A stretch of 64,000 bases of DNA from Amphiscolops sp. MND2022 (taxonomy: Eukaryota), in assembly GCA_964187785.1 (NCBI GenBank), contig OZ076409.1, positions 77,688,001 through 77,752,000 of the forward strand, written 5' to 3'. The position numbers and the translations under genes were made by a program. The notes under the pieces were generated by a model, which saw only the letters and a list, made by a program, of their open reading frames with translations, made no database searches and was not told the origin of the DNA. Below, piece after piece: positions 13,123 to 25,318 of this stretch (the stretch's first letter is position 1; every line of letters starts with the position of its first letter).

Positions 13123-14095
13123 ACTTCTTACATTCATCTATATAACTACTATCTTACTCTATTCCTTCCTAATATCTTTTACATCTAATATACCTATAAC
13201 ACCAACAAATACAGACAAGTATCTCCCATCAGACGATCCAAATTTTACAAATCTTTTGGTTTCCCTTTATGATTGCGAGAAGCAACATAATTTGAGGCAG
13301 TTTAATCTATTAAATGTGAAACAAAGTGCAGAAGCTCCTTCAAACATACAACACGCTAGTGTTAAATCCCGAGTCTACGTCAGAGCAAAAGCTAAACGCA
13401 TTAAAGCTTACAAATGTGTGTTGCTTACGCCAAAAAAGAAAGAAAAAATTGTTTTCAAGGCTCAGTCAAAAATCGACGTGTTGATAGATCTGTATGGAAC
13501 CACAACACTATGCCACTCCCCGTTACACTTGATCCTTTAGAATGTAAAAATATGATTAGACATCTGAATGATACAAATTATAAAATATTAAACAAATTGC
13601 ATTACAACAAAACATTTACACTTTTAGAGGACCATTATTTTCAAGGACGTTCAGAACAATTTCAGACTCCTTTTACAGTATATCAACCAAATGAAATGTA
13701 CACAGGCACTTTTACCTTTATGCCTGCTGATAAAGATTGGATATATGACCCAAATAAAAACCCTTATCACAACTGTCCTGCTCATCATCAATTTGAAGTC
13801 AATCTAGTCAGTTGGCGATACATATGACGATACAGAAAACGTTATGATAATCGATGGACATACTTTACCCTGCTATTTTGCTGATGGTTTTTGCAAACCA
13901 ACTACAAAAACTCCTTTCACTCTGGTTTGGTTTAGTGATGATTTTTGTTTAATTTTTACATTACAAGATTTTATTGGACGAATTACAAAAATTCAAGGTC
14001 GATATTGGATTGAAACAGATTCTTTTGTATATTCTTCACACTCAACCAAACCCGAGGCAACATCTGGCATTGAAGGTACAGTTCATCCCTTTAAT
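13120..14095 (+). pseudogene. Envelope-like glycoprotein, resembling chuvirus-type class III fusion proteins; frameshifted and 3'-truncated
   Basis: Hydrophobic signal-like stretch (LLTFIYITTILLYSFLISF), then SLYDCEKQHNLRQFNLLNV, AYKC...NCFQG, PVTLDPLECKNMIRHL, HTLPCYFADGFCKPT..FTLVW....C spread over ORFs 12923..13540, 13414..13827, 13844..14137. Confidence 0.65.
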
Positions 14096-14588
14096 GCCCG
14101 ATGTGGAGTATGTGGAGCAAACTTTCCTCTGTCTTGAACAATCGAACACTTCGTGACATAACAATTCTGTTAGACCCATATAAACGAAATCCTTCTGACA
14201 CACCTATCACCACACTTACACACATACTACACTGCAATGACAGAACACACAAACTCTTACAGACACTTGATCTAGACTCTCAACGTATCACTTAATCATC
14301 CCACGTGAATTACGCTTTGTCATCGAAACCACAGTCTTTAAAAACGTTCCAAAAGGAAATTATATTAAATTTTTGTCATTCAGGGTGACTTGAGGATTAA
14401 TATCTAAAATTGGGGAATAAGATCTAAAGTTGTCAAAGTAGCCAGAAATTCACAACATTATACAGCATTCTCGTCCACAACAATAATTTGGTAATTTCCG
14501 CTTTCAGCTCGTAAGCTGGGGTACCACAGGCACAGGTTTGTGAATTAGATTTGCTCTTCTTTACGGTTTTCGTTATCTATTGTAGCAT

Positions 14589-15786
14589 TGTCATGCCAGC
14601 ATGATGGAAATATAGAGCTTTGTAAAATTTGTAATATACATATATGTCATAAATACTTACTTTTGGTCAATCTGAAGCCATATTATAAGATACACGGTTG
14701 TGGGCAATCCTATGCTACTTCTTTATTCATCCCTCCCCTGAGTGCTGAGTTTACATTCAATTTTATAACTACTATGAACCTGAGCACCTGATCGCGCGTA
14801 GTTTAATCATATTAAAGGTGCTAGTGATCAAATACATGCGCTCATCAGTGCTTCAACGCATTCATACTCTCCGAGGAGAATTAGATGATTTCATAATCAT
14901 TCTAACATCTTGGATGGAAAAAAAAGGAAAATCGGTGCAACAAGGTCAATGCCTCTAAGGCCGAAAGACCCTATCCACTTTCATCCCAAATTCATCACGC
15001 ATCACTTTTTCATCCAAAACCCGTCATTCACCAATTTTCTCGTGCTGTCCTTCTTAACTTCTTCAAAAGTGTTATTTAGTATCGTGAATCCCGAAGGGAT
15101 CAATCAAGTGCTTTGCTGTTACACCGATGTACCTTCAGTCAAAGATAGAGTTTATATATCACCAATTGTGCTAATCTGCTGCAGTAAGAAGCATTACTAT
15201 TGAAGTTGGTGAGTTGAAGCGAGGTGACATTTATCACCTCGCCGTACCAGTCTGTGATGATGTGAAAAGGTGCGATAAATTAGTCCAGTCACCCGTAGGT
15301 GACAATGTTGGAGACTAGACGCAACTGGGACAACCAAGAAGGCGCTCATTAACATACCTTGTGACCAATTGCTTCTAAACTTTGATTTCAGCTCTCATCT
15401 ATTCTTTCTTAGTATTAAAATCATTCATCCAACAATATCATATTCTTCTCGATTGCATGAGTGTAGTTTCTCCCCGCACACTTGAAAGTGGGTAAATGAT
15501 CGATAATTCTTACACGCTTCAAATTTCATCTAAAAGTCATCTGAATATGAATTTTGATCTAAACCTCAACGTAAACGCAGAATCAGACTCAAAATCAACA
15601 GATACTAATCAGAACGGACTTAATTTAAATTCACAAGTTGAAGTGAATGGCCAAATTGCAAAATTACAACTCGAAATGAAGGAAATTAAAGGTTATTATC
15701 GAAATTAACCCAACAGTTCACCTCTCGCCTTGAGGAAGGAAACGCTCTGAGAGCATCAAGTTCTCGCAATACGGAGCGTATCAACA
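14589..15786 (+). repeat. 5' LTR of the Gypsy element
   Basis: TG...CA ends; colinear but visibly diverged from 24278-25318, which lacks ~150 bp of the U5-side region. Confidence 0.85.
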
Positions 15787-16907
15787 TAGTGACAGGAGCC
15801 AGCAGAATCATAAACACGGCTCCAATGACACGAAACGTGCATGATTACAGCGACGACTAATATGAAGTGCCGATTAGAACACTAACAAAATCGCTGGACA
15901 CCAACCAATTACTCACGGCTATCCATGAAATTCCACGAAAGCTTCAGATGTCCTCTACAAACACAAAGCTCCTTAAAACGATGTATCCAAATTCCCATGA
16001 CATGAAGAAAAAATTAACAACTTCGAACGTTTGCTCCTTAATAGTTTCAGACCGTTCGCCAACAACATAACCGAGGAGAACAAAAACACTTCTCCCAAAG
16101 CCTCCTCCGAGATGAAGCCATAGAACACTGACAAACGAATACCATCAACTCCACGTCACACTGACGGATGTGCTCGCATTTTTCTGTAAAGAATTTGCAC
16201 GCAAGAACATGAAGGAGGTGGCCCGAAATGAATGGAACGTGGCCAGAGATCACCCGAATAACGAAACGTTTGGAGACTTCCTAGGGAATCTCAAGACAAC
16301 GGCTAAACAGGCATTCGGAGATGAAGCTGAAAGGCACATTCGCACTTTTCTATTTGACAAGCTGTCTGTCGAGATCAATAGCAACTTACCGTGGCCAGCA
16401 AGGAAGACTGCACGCCGGAAGAAGTCAAAATAAACCTATTGCGAAAGTACCAATACCCACAGCTTCGCCAACCACAAGTAACGGCACAACCTTCAATCAA
16501 TTCTCAGCTGGCAAAAAAGTTTGAATACCATTGCTGTTTTTGTGAGAAAACAGGCCACCGCAAACAAGAATGCCGATCGACACTCCGCGACGAAAGCAGC
16601 AACGCCATCAGAGGACGTCATCAAGCCAGAGAATCATCCGTGGGGAAACCAAAGTTCAATCCGAAGGTCGTATGTCAAATATGCGGTTACACAGGACACT
16701 CGGCAAAGGACTGCTACCAGCGAATCCCGAAATAAACCAACACACCATTTGGACAAGTCCCAAACACGAAAGAGGACTACACAGAAAACAGGGATTGCAG
16801 AAGAGATCTCAAAAAACAGGGTTTGCAGAAGAGATCTCAAAAAAAGGACTCCTCTCACCCAACTCGAATGTGAAACAAACAGCAACAACGAATATCCTTC
16901 TGACTGA
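15547..16907 (+). pseudogene. gag, starting inside the LTR, with two CCHC zinc knuckles
   Basis: CCFCEKTGHRKQEC and CQICGYTGHSAKDC in ORF 16391..16735; coiled-coil-like N-terminus (ORF 15496..15708) lies within the LTR; several frameshifts. Confidence 0.8.
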
Positions 16908-17249
16908 GAATGGGATTTTCAGTAAGGCCACCGTCTCCCACCGCAAATACATGTGTGCAACCGACTCATCACAAACGCGACTCAACTAATCGACAACGAC
17001 ACTAAACGAAGACATGGCAGCCTTCACGGGACTCAAACACCCAACCATGAACCCAATTGCAAGACGATGCAGAACCGATGACTTCTAATCGCTTCCAACC
17101 ACTCTCAAATGATGATGATGAAAACACGATGAATCTCCACTCAGACGCTTTGAGGTCGGCAGACGATGGAAATCTGATGAAAAACTTCAAACGGCCTACC
17201 CCCTCCCCGATGACTCCACACACAGACTCAGTACATACCAGCCTAAAAT

Positions 17250-20200
17250 AAATCATCGTAAACCTTGTCCTAGACAAAATTTTAAAATATTTAGGGCTCT
17301 TAGACATTGGTGACATCCAGAGCACTCTTTCCGAAGTTGAATTAAGAAAAAGTTTACACGCTTACCCCGAAGCCCTTTTGAGTGAACTCCCCCGTCCAAA
17401 TTTTAAAGAGCAAATCGCTAACGGTAACCTTGTTCCCATCAGAAAACAAGTGCTTATTAGGTTCTCTATCGCAGGAAAAGAATTTGAAGAAACGTTTCGA
17501 GTCCTCCCAACAATGGTACCATCCTGATTGGAATGTCATTTTTTGAAAGGTACTCTGTGAATCTAGACATTAAGAACCACTTAGTCCATTTTCCAAATCA
17601 TTTGATGTCTATGCAAGTGAGGCAACATCAAAACAGAAAATTTATAACCGGTCTTTTTGAACTGAGCTCTTGTCGAACAACCGTCATTCCGCCACACCAC
17701 CAAATCAGGTTACCCGTTCACTGTACTTCTGATATCACGCAAACAACTGGTGCAGTCGAAGGCACACCTGTATTCATGCGTGAAACCTGTCTGCTTGTCT
17801 CATCAGTAATAAATGACTTAACGGATGGAAAAACAATGATTCAAGTCACTAATCCAAATGAGCATACCTTTACACTAGATGCTAATAGAACCATATCATT
17901 CTTCCGAATTCCAATCCCTCACCAAGCAGCGAACATAATACAAATGCCATCTGAACATCTCAAGTTAACTTCTAAGTTTCCTGAAGGAGCGGAAGCAGTA
18001 ATTAACCAACTCTTTGCAAACCTAGAATTTAAACACACAAAATGGTATCCAACACCAGAAACATGTAGCGAACCTGAAGATTTAAATAAAATTAAAAGAC
18101 GAATTTTCGATGACATTCTTGCTCTGCGAGAAATATAGAAACTTGACCTCCAAAAATCAGATGAAGAACGAATGAATTTTTTGAAAAACATCAAATGGGA
18201 AGATTTCCTACTCTTCCCAGCACAAAAACTACAGGTTGAGGAATTACGATTGAAAAACAACAGCCTTTTTGCTAGGCATAGGTGTGACATAGGAATGAAC
18301 ACCGATTTCAAGGTCAAACTCACACCACAACATGGTGAACCAGTTTAATCGCATAGCCTCCCAACTCCGACAAATGTGAAGGACGATTTGCTCGTCGACC
18401 TTGCACTGATGCAAGAAACCGGGATAATCATGACACTTCCTCACAGCAAATATTCTTCACCAATTTTTGCACAGAGAAAACCGAATGGCAAACAGAGGAT
18501 TTTAGTCGACCTAAGGCGAAAAGACCACATCATCAAAAACGATTACGGTGAACATAATCACCCAGTCACAACAATTGCAGACGCAGTTCAACACAAGAAC
18601 GGAGAACAATATTTTTGTAAATTAGACTGCTCTTAGGCCTACCATTGCATTCCGACTGCCGATGAACAATCCATCGAATTGTTGTCTTTCAACTTTGGAT
18701 CACGAACTTTTGCATTCTTAAGAGTAGCTCAGGCACTAAACCGTTCGCTCTCAGCTTTCACTAGCGTAGTACGTGAATATTTAGACCAACTCGTAATAGC
18801 AGATCGTTGCTCGCAGTACGTAGACGACATCGGCATAGCGGCACATACTCCTGAAGAACTCATCAGAAACCAAGAACTCGTCTTCAAACAACTTCACAAA
18901 GCAGGACTTAAACTGAGCATGAGCAAATGTGAGTTTGGACAACAGAAGATTGCGTACCTAGGGCAAACATTCTCACACGCAAGAATAGCACCATTCGAAA
19001 AACCTGTCATTGACTACCTGAAAAAACTGAAACTACCAAAATCTGTCAAGGCACTCCATTGGTATTTGCGCTTCGTTACATTTCACCGGTCTTATATTCC
19101 TTGATTAGCTGAAACAAACTGTAATTTTACACACTCTGAATAAAAAACACACACTTTTTACACTCGATCAAAACCACAAAGACACTTTTTTGAGATAAAC
19201 GAAGCTCTCTTAAAAGCAACAGAAGTCTCTTTAAAAGTGCCATTACCAGAAAAACAACTTGTCATTATGTGCGACGCTAGGGAACACGCAGCAGGCTACG
19301 TTTTGCACATAGAGGATTACACTGAAAAGAAATCAGGTAATCTAAAAACCTATGCCCCAGTCGCAATTGGCTAAAAGAACTTTCATGGGGGCCAAATGTC
19401 TCACACGTTGTATGCAAAAGACTTTTTGTCAATGCACTTCGCGTTTGACGAGTTCGGACACATTCGGTGGGGTGCTAAAAACCAATCATCGTAATGACCG
19501 ACAACAAGGCCTTAACCGTTTTTTTTGCAAGAATATACCCCCGTCATTGTGGATTTTGTGCGATCAGACATTACAGCTCAACTTCATTTTAACTCACATA
19601 CCAGGCGTCGAAAATCCACCAGCTGATTACCTCTTACGATTACAGATAAGACCTGAAGAACAAGTACATTTGAAATTGAATGCTTCAAAACATTTTATCA
19701 CATTGAAATTGACATCGCATCAGAAACTCCGAAACAGGAGGAAGATGAACAAGATTTTTTTCCTACCGGCGATTCAATGAGACAAACACGACCGAACGAT
19801 AAGAAAAAAGCAAGCTCAAACGTAGTTCCAGTGGCTGATAAAACAAAATCAATATCGACCACATCACCGTCGACTATGAAAACACGATGAATTTCCATCC
19901 ATCTGAAAATCTTGACATCTCTCAGGTCGAAATACTGCTATAATACAACAGCACAAAACACTACAAATTCATCCAAAAATCATCGTCGAACACAACTGTT
20001 TTAAACACGATGTCCCCTGTAGGGGAGGCTGATTTAGTAGCTGTCCAGAAAGATGACTCTGACATACAATGAATGATACGCAATTTACAAGGTGGGGAAA
20101 CACTCAAACTTATGAGCCAGTTTTTCCAAAATTTATATCAGCGAATCAAACTCCTGGAAGCCACTAAAGGCGTTCTTTACAGAACAGTCTCCAAAAATAC

Positions 20201-21180
20201 CGGTCTCGAAATCCATAAACAAATCGTGCCACCTGAGAAATGCTTGTTGGACATAATCAGGACACTGCACAACAACCCTGTGCAGGGACACCTTGGATCC
20301 AAAGAAATGCTTTATGAGCCTCGAAAGCGGTATTACTAACGAAACTTAGCTCTAAAATTCAAGAAACAAAATACGGTTGCAAAATTTGCGCCCACTCGAA
20401 GCGAGTCAACAATTCACAACTGAAACCACAACTCCAGATTATTTATGACCCGTCAAACGGATCAGAGGACCTCATGGAAACTGATTTTGTAGAGCCGATT
20501 CCCAACGTCCAATGGTTTTACACATCCTGCCAGGAATAGACATTTTCTCGCGATATCTGTTTGCTGTCCCGCTACGCAAACCAGATACCACCTCAGTAGT
20601 TAAATCACTCATGTCCATTTTCCAAAAACATATACTGACAGACAAAGGCACAGTGTTTACGTCTGAACTCATGAAACAACTGATGGAAACCACAGGCATA
20701 AACATTTCACACGCCACAATCAAGCACGCCCAAACCATCGGCATGACTGAGTGTAGTCACGCAAAACTGAAGAAAATCCAGAAAACTAACGTCAAAGTAG
20801 ACAAACCTCAATAGGACAGATATGTTGACCTCGCAATCGTGGCACAAAACACGACATATCAAGCATGAATCAAGTGATCACCAACAGAAAAATTCCACGG
20901 AAAATATCCTTTTATTGCACTTGAAATTCAGTATTCTCACCCAAACAAGCAAGTCGACACAAAATACAATGAAGTCAACTAAATTCCGGATAAAATTTGA
21001 CCACAACATTCCGTCAAAACTCAACAAACATCATAAATGATTACCACAAATATAAAGCTTACTACGACCAAAAATCCAGAGCCCAATTCCTGAAAATCAA
21101 GGATTTTGTGTTCCTGCTAGTTCCTAAGTACGATTCCCAATCGCACCATGAAAGACAAGGCCCTATACGAGCTAAAACGT
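17250..21180 (+). pseudogene. pol (protease, RT, RNase H, integrase), heavily disrupted
   Basis: LLDIGD protease-like motif (~17297), YSSPIFAQRKPNGKQRILVDLR, KLDCS, SQYVDDIGI, IMCDAR, LHNNPVQGHLG, IDIFSRYLFAVPL, LTDKGTVFTS. Confidence 0.92.
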
Positions 21181-24100
21181 GACAGGCCCTTCTATAGGTC
21201 TCGTCAAAGACTTGACTTAACCCCTGACTTTGAAATTAGTATAAATTGCGAATCTTGTCAATCGCCACACGTTAGAATCAACACACAACCAGAAATCATT
21301 ATTCCACCAACGAATGATTAAAATCGAATTAATTTAAGGTCGACGTACAATTCCACAGAAAGACTTCACTCTGAGCCAGATCCTCCTTTTGAGGGCTGTC
21401 CCAGTTCTCCTTCGCCAATCTCCAGAAACAACACATTTAGATACGGACTCCATCCTAATCCTACACCGAAAATGTATCCGGACTTGCTAATTCATGAAAT
21501 CACAAAAGCTAGAGAATCACTGCACATAACAAATACTGCCCTGCAGTTGAATTGAACCACTCATAACAAGTCAAAATAAATTCATCCACTGAGTGTCATC
21601 ACAATGATGGAAAATCGATAATTTTTTTCATCCTAAGTTCTTCCGCTGGAAATGAACGTCATAAAACCTATAATAGTTTCAACAAACCACATCTACTTTT
21701 TACCCTTAAACTCAACCGCTGCAATGCTAACCAACGATAACCGAAAACCACCGCATTTTCATCATATAATACAGGCAAATCAAAATATTGACCAATGTTT
21801 GCCTAGCGCTGTAGTTCGTATGCTTCGCCTGGTCTTGACGCTAGTGGAAACTCACAAAAGAAACCATACAAAAGTTGTTGTGCAAAATGTAATCTAAGCA
21901 GTCCAATCCAGAAATATAAAATACAACCCTAAAAAGTTACATGAAACATGCAAATAACACCCAAACTTCGCAACAGAACTCAAAGCGCAACACAAAACAT
22001 GTATTCACCCTAAAGACCATGAATTCAGAAATCATTTAGTATCAAATCCAAAATAAATCTGTAATAAGATCAGATAAAACATAAACAACATGTATACAAT
22101 TCACATATGAAAAACTTTATAGACGCAGAGTCAACAGATTTAAAACAACAAAAACTGGTCGAAACAAACTACAAAGCAACTAAACTCTCGGGGCTCGCGC
22201 AACGTACTGCCCCCTCGTATTCGAAGCTAAGACAGGATTCATCCATAACATCATCCTCAACTCGATCCGCAAACGATAAACATCCGTCCACATTAGACAA
22301 TAGGGGAGCATCAACCCTATCGTAGTGCCGCAAACGCAACTATGTAATAATAGTTTAACGCAGACTTTGACCCTGATGTAATGTCAAACCCCAACTAACT
22401 CATCTGATTTCACTTTGTATGGCCGCGATTCACAAGAAGTCGCCATCAACAAAAACAGTTTTCACTCGGGAAAATTGAGATTCACGGGAAATTGAGATGC
22501 ACTTTTCAGAAAGAAAGGAACTGTATTAGACTCTGCAACGCGATCGTGTAAGACATCCTCAGGGAGAGAAGCCACAAAACTTGACAGACTCCTTGAACAC
22601 AAACCTAACTGCCCATCGTCACCCAGGTCGCACTCCCTTAAGATCTCTGAACATGCACGCGAATGAGCCTCCACAATCTGAGCATTAGAATCACGCAACA
22701 TTTCCACAGACAAACAAGAAAAATACTGATTGATGGGATTCCTCACAAAGTCACTTTGCAACAGAATCAGCGAGGTAGTCTTTATTAATAACTCAACTTT
22801 CTTCCTCTCCGAAAAGCATCATCATCACCATACCACATATCTCCTTAGACACTGCAAAATCCAAATCCAACACATCCAGTTGATCAGTTCAGCTCTAACC
22901 AATACGACGCCAAAAATGTGAGCTATCTTCAAAATACACCTACAGTACAACAATAATTACAATGAGGAGTTTACACTAACGTAAACGCGAGACTTCTTCT
23001 CAGATGATTGTCCCCAAATAGCCATCAAACCAGGTGACTGCGGCGTTTCCAACTGGTTCGTACCAAGGTTTCGGATCTAAAGGACCCTCAGCTTAAAGAA
23101 ACCATCCGAAACGCTGCAGCTTCCGCTCCACAACTGGAGCTACGGATGAAAATACCTCGTGAACTGTTTAAAACCACAGTCGCTCCAGTTTTGCAGCGCA
23201 CAAGTTTTTGACAATTCAACGATTGAAACTTACATGCCAATGGCAACGGCAACGGCATAGGAACTACAATAGATGGCACTTTTACATCAGGAACCTCTAC
23301 AACACGGAGCGGAACGTTTTGATGACCAATGAAGGTCCTCGATGGTGAAGGCTCACCTGACGACGTTCCCTGTCCAGATACATCATCTACGGAAAAATCC
23401 TTATCTCCAAATTCGGATCTTTAAGACGAAATGTACTACTGGCACAACACCTACGAGGCCTGATTTACAACGAGAATTAGACCTTACCGGCTGGTTGCGC
23501 TGGATAATCACTCCCGCTAATTTTCTCCAAGTTCTAGAAAATGAGAAACGGATAGTATCGAAGAAGAATAATACAATTGACTCCAAACAAAGACTAGAAA
23601 GTTGCTGGCTTGATCACCCAACGACAAACCATAGATGACACTGGCAATAACAAAGACCGCCTCTGTTACGAAAACTCGAAATGAACTCTTCCAATAGGGA
23701 TAACTTCCCAGAACAAATGTCAATAGCCATTACGATTCGACAATTGTTTCCGAACCAACTTAAAAGAAAACTCTGCTCCGCACACTTGAATAACCTAACG
23801 GATTCCCTGTGAAAGGAGTTGAATGCAGCTGCCAGTATATAACTACAATCATGTACGAAATAACGACCAGCGGAAAAACTCGCACTAGAGACTATGGCCA
23901 GGCTACACGCAATGACTTATTGATGAAAATCGCATTACATACTAATTCCCACACAGTTGGCACCCCAGTCGATTGTCAGAAAACAAAGCGCGCAGACTGA
24001 ATGACGCCGGTTCTGTTTGCACAACGATGACCGCTTACAATTTGTTCACTCCCTTCATAAACACGCTCCCATGATCAGGTTTTCGCACAGTAATGACCGA

Positions 24101-24277
24101 CTAATACCTACCTACAGCCAGTACAAACAAACAACCACCGTCCATCACTTCTCAGACAAGATGAAAATTAGATGAACAAACGAAGGACATCTCTCCCTAA
24201 CCAACGAAGGCCACGCCAACGCTCCATCCTCTGAAAAATTGGCCCCTGTCACTAAAATCCAGAAAAACCCTTGGGAG

Positions 24278-25318
24278 TGTCATGCCAGCACGATGGAAAT
24301 ATAGAACTGTGTAATATTTGTTAAGTACATATTTATCATAAACACTTACTTTTGGTCAATATGAAGCCATATATTAAGATACACGGTTGTGGGCAACCCT
24401 ACGCTTTTTTTTAATCATGCCTCCCCTGATTGCTGAGTTTACATACATATTTATACTTACTATAAACCTGAGCACCTGATCGCGCGTAGTTTAATCATAT
24501 AAAAGGTGCTAGTGATCAAATACGTGCTATCATCAGTGCTTCAACGCATTCATACTCTCCGAAGAGAAATAGAATATTTCATTATCATTCCAACATCTTG
24601 GAAGGAAAAAGGATGGAAAACAAGGGCAACAGGGTCAATGCCACTGAGACCCAATGGACCCATCTACTTTCATCCCAAATTCATCACGCATCATTTATTT
24701 ATTCAAAACTCGTCCTTCACCAGTTTTCTCATATCGTCCATCATCACAAGTGTTATTTACTATCGTAGATACCGAAAGGATTAATCAAGTGCTTTGCTGT
24801 TACACCAAACTTACCTTCAGTGAAGTATAGTGATTATATTTAACCAATTGTGCTAATCTGCTGCAGTAAGGAGCATTACTATTGGTGAGTTGAAGCGAGG
24901 TGACAATTATCACCTCGCCATACCAGTCTGTGATGAAATGAAAAGGTGCGATAATTTAGTCCAGTCACTCGTAGGTGACAAAGTTGGAGACTAGACGCAA
25001 CTGGACCAACCAAGGAGGCGCTCATTAACATACCTACTACGGTGTGACCAGTTGCTTCTAAACCTTGAATTCTGAATATGGATTCTGATCTAAACATCGC
25101 TGTAAACGCAGACTCAGACTCAAATTCATCTGATACTCATCAGAACGGTGTTAATTTAAACTCACAAGTTGAAGTGAATGGCCAAATCGCTAAAATACAA
25201 GCCGAGATGAACGAAATTAAAGGGGTATTATTGACATTAACCCATCAGTTTACCTCTCGCTTTGATGAAGGAAACGCTCTGAGAGCATCAAATTCTCGCA
25301 ATCCGGAACGTATCGACA
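24278..25318 (+). repeat. 3' LTR of the Gypsy element
   Basis: Starts tgtcatgccagcacgatgg, ends tatcgaca; homologous to 14589-15786. Confidence 0.85.

Larger units (their letters stand above)
14589..25318 (+). mobile_element. Full-length decayed Ty3/Gypsy LTR retrotransposon with 5-bp TSD (AGCAT / AACAT; AGCAT after the duplicated 3' LTR)
   Basis: LTRs 14589-15786 and 24278-25318 (TGTCATGCCAGC...CA), PBS-like TAGTGACAGG at 15787, short purine tract GGGAG before 24278, gag and pol in Gypsy order. Confidence 0.9.
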
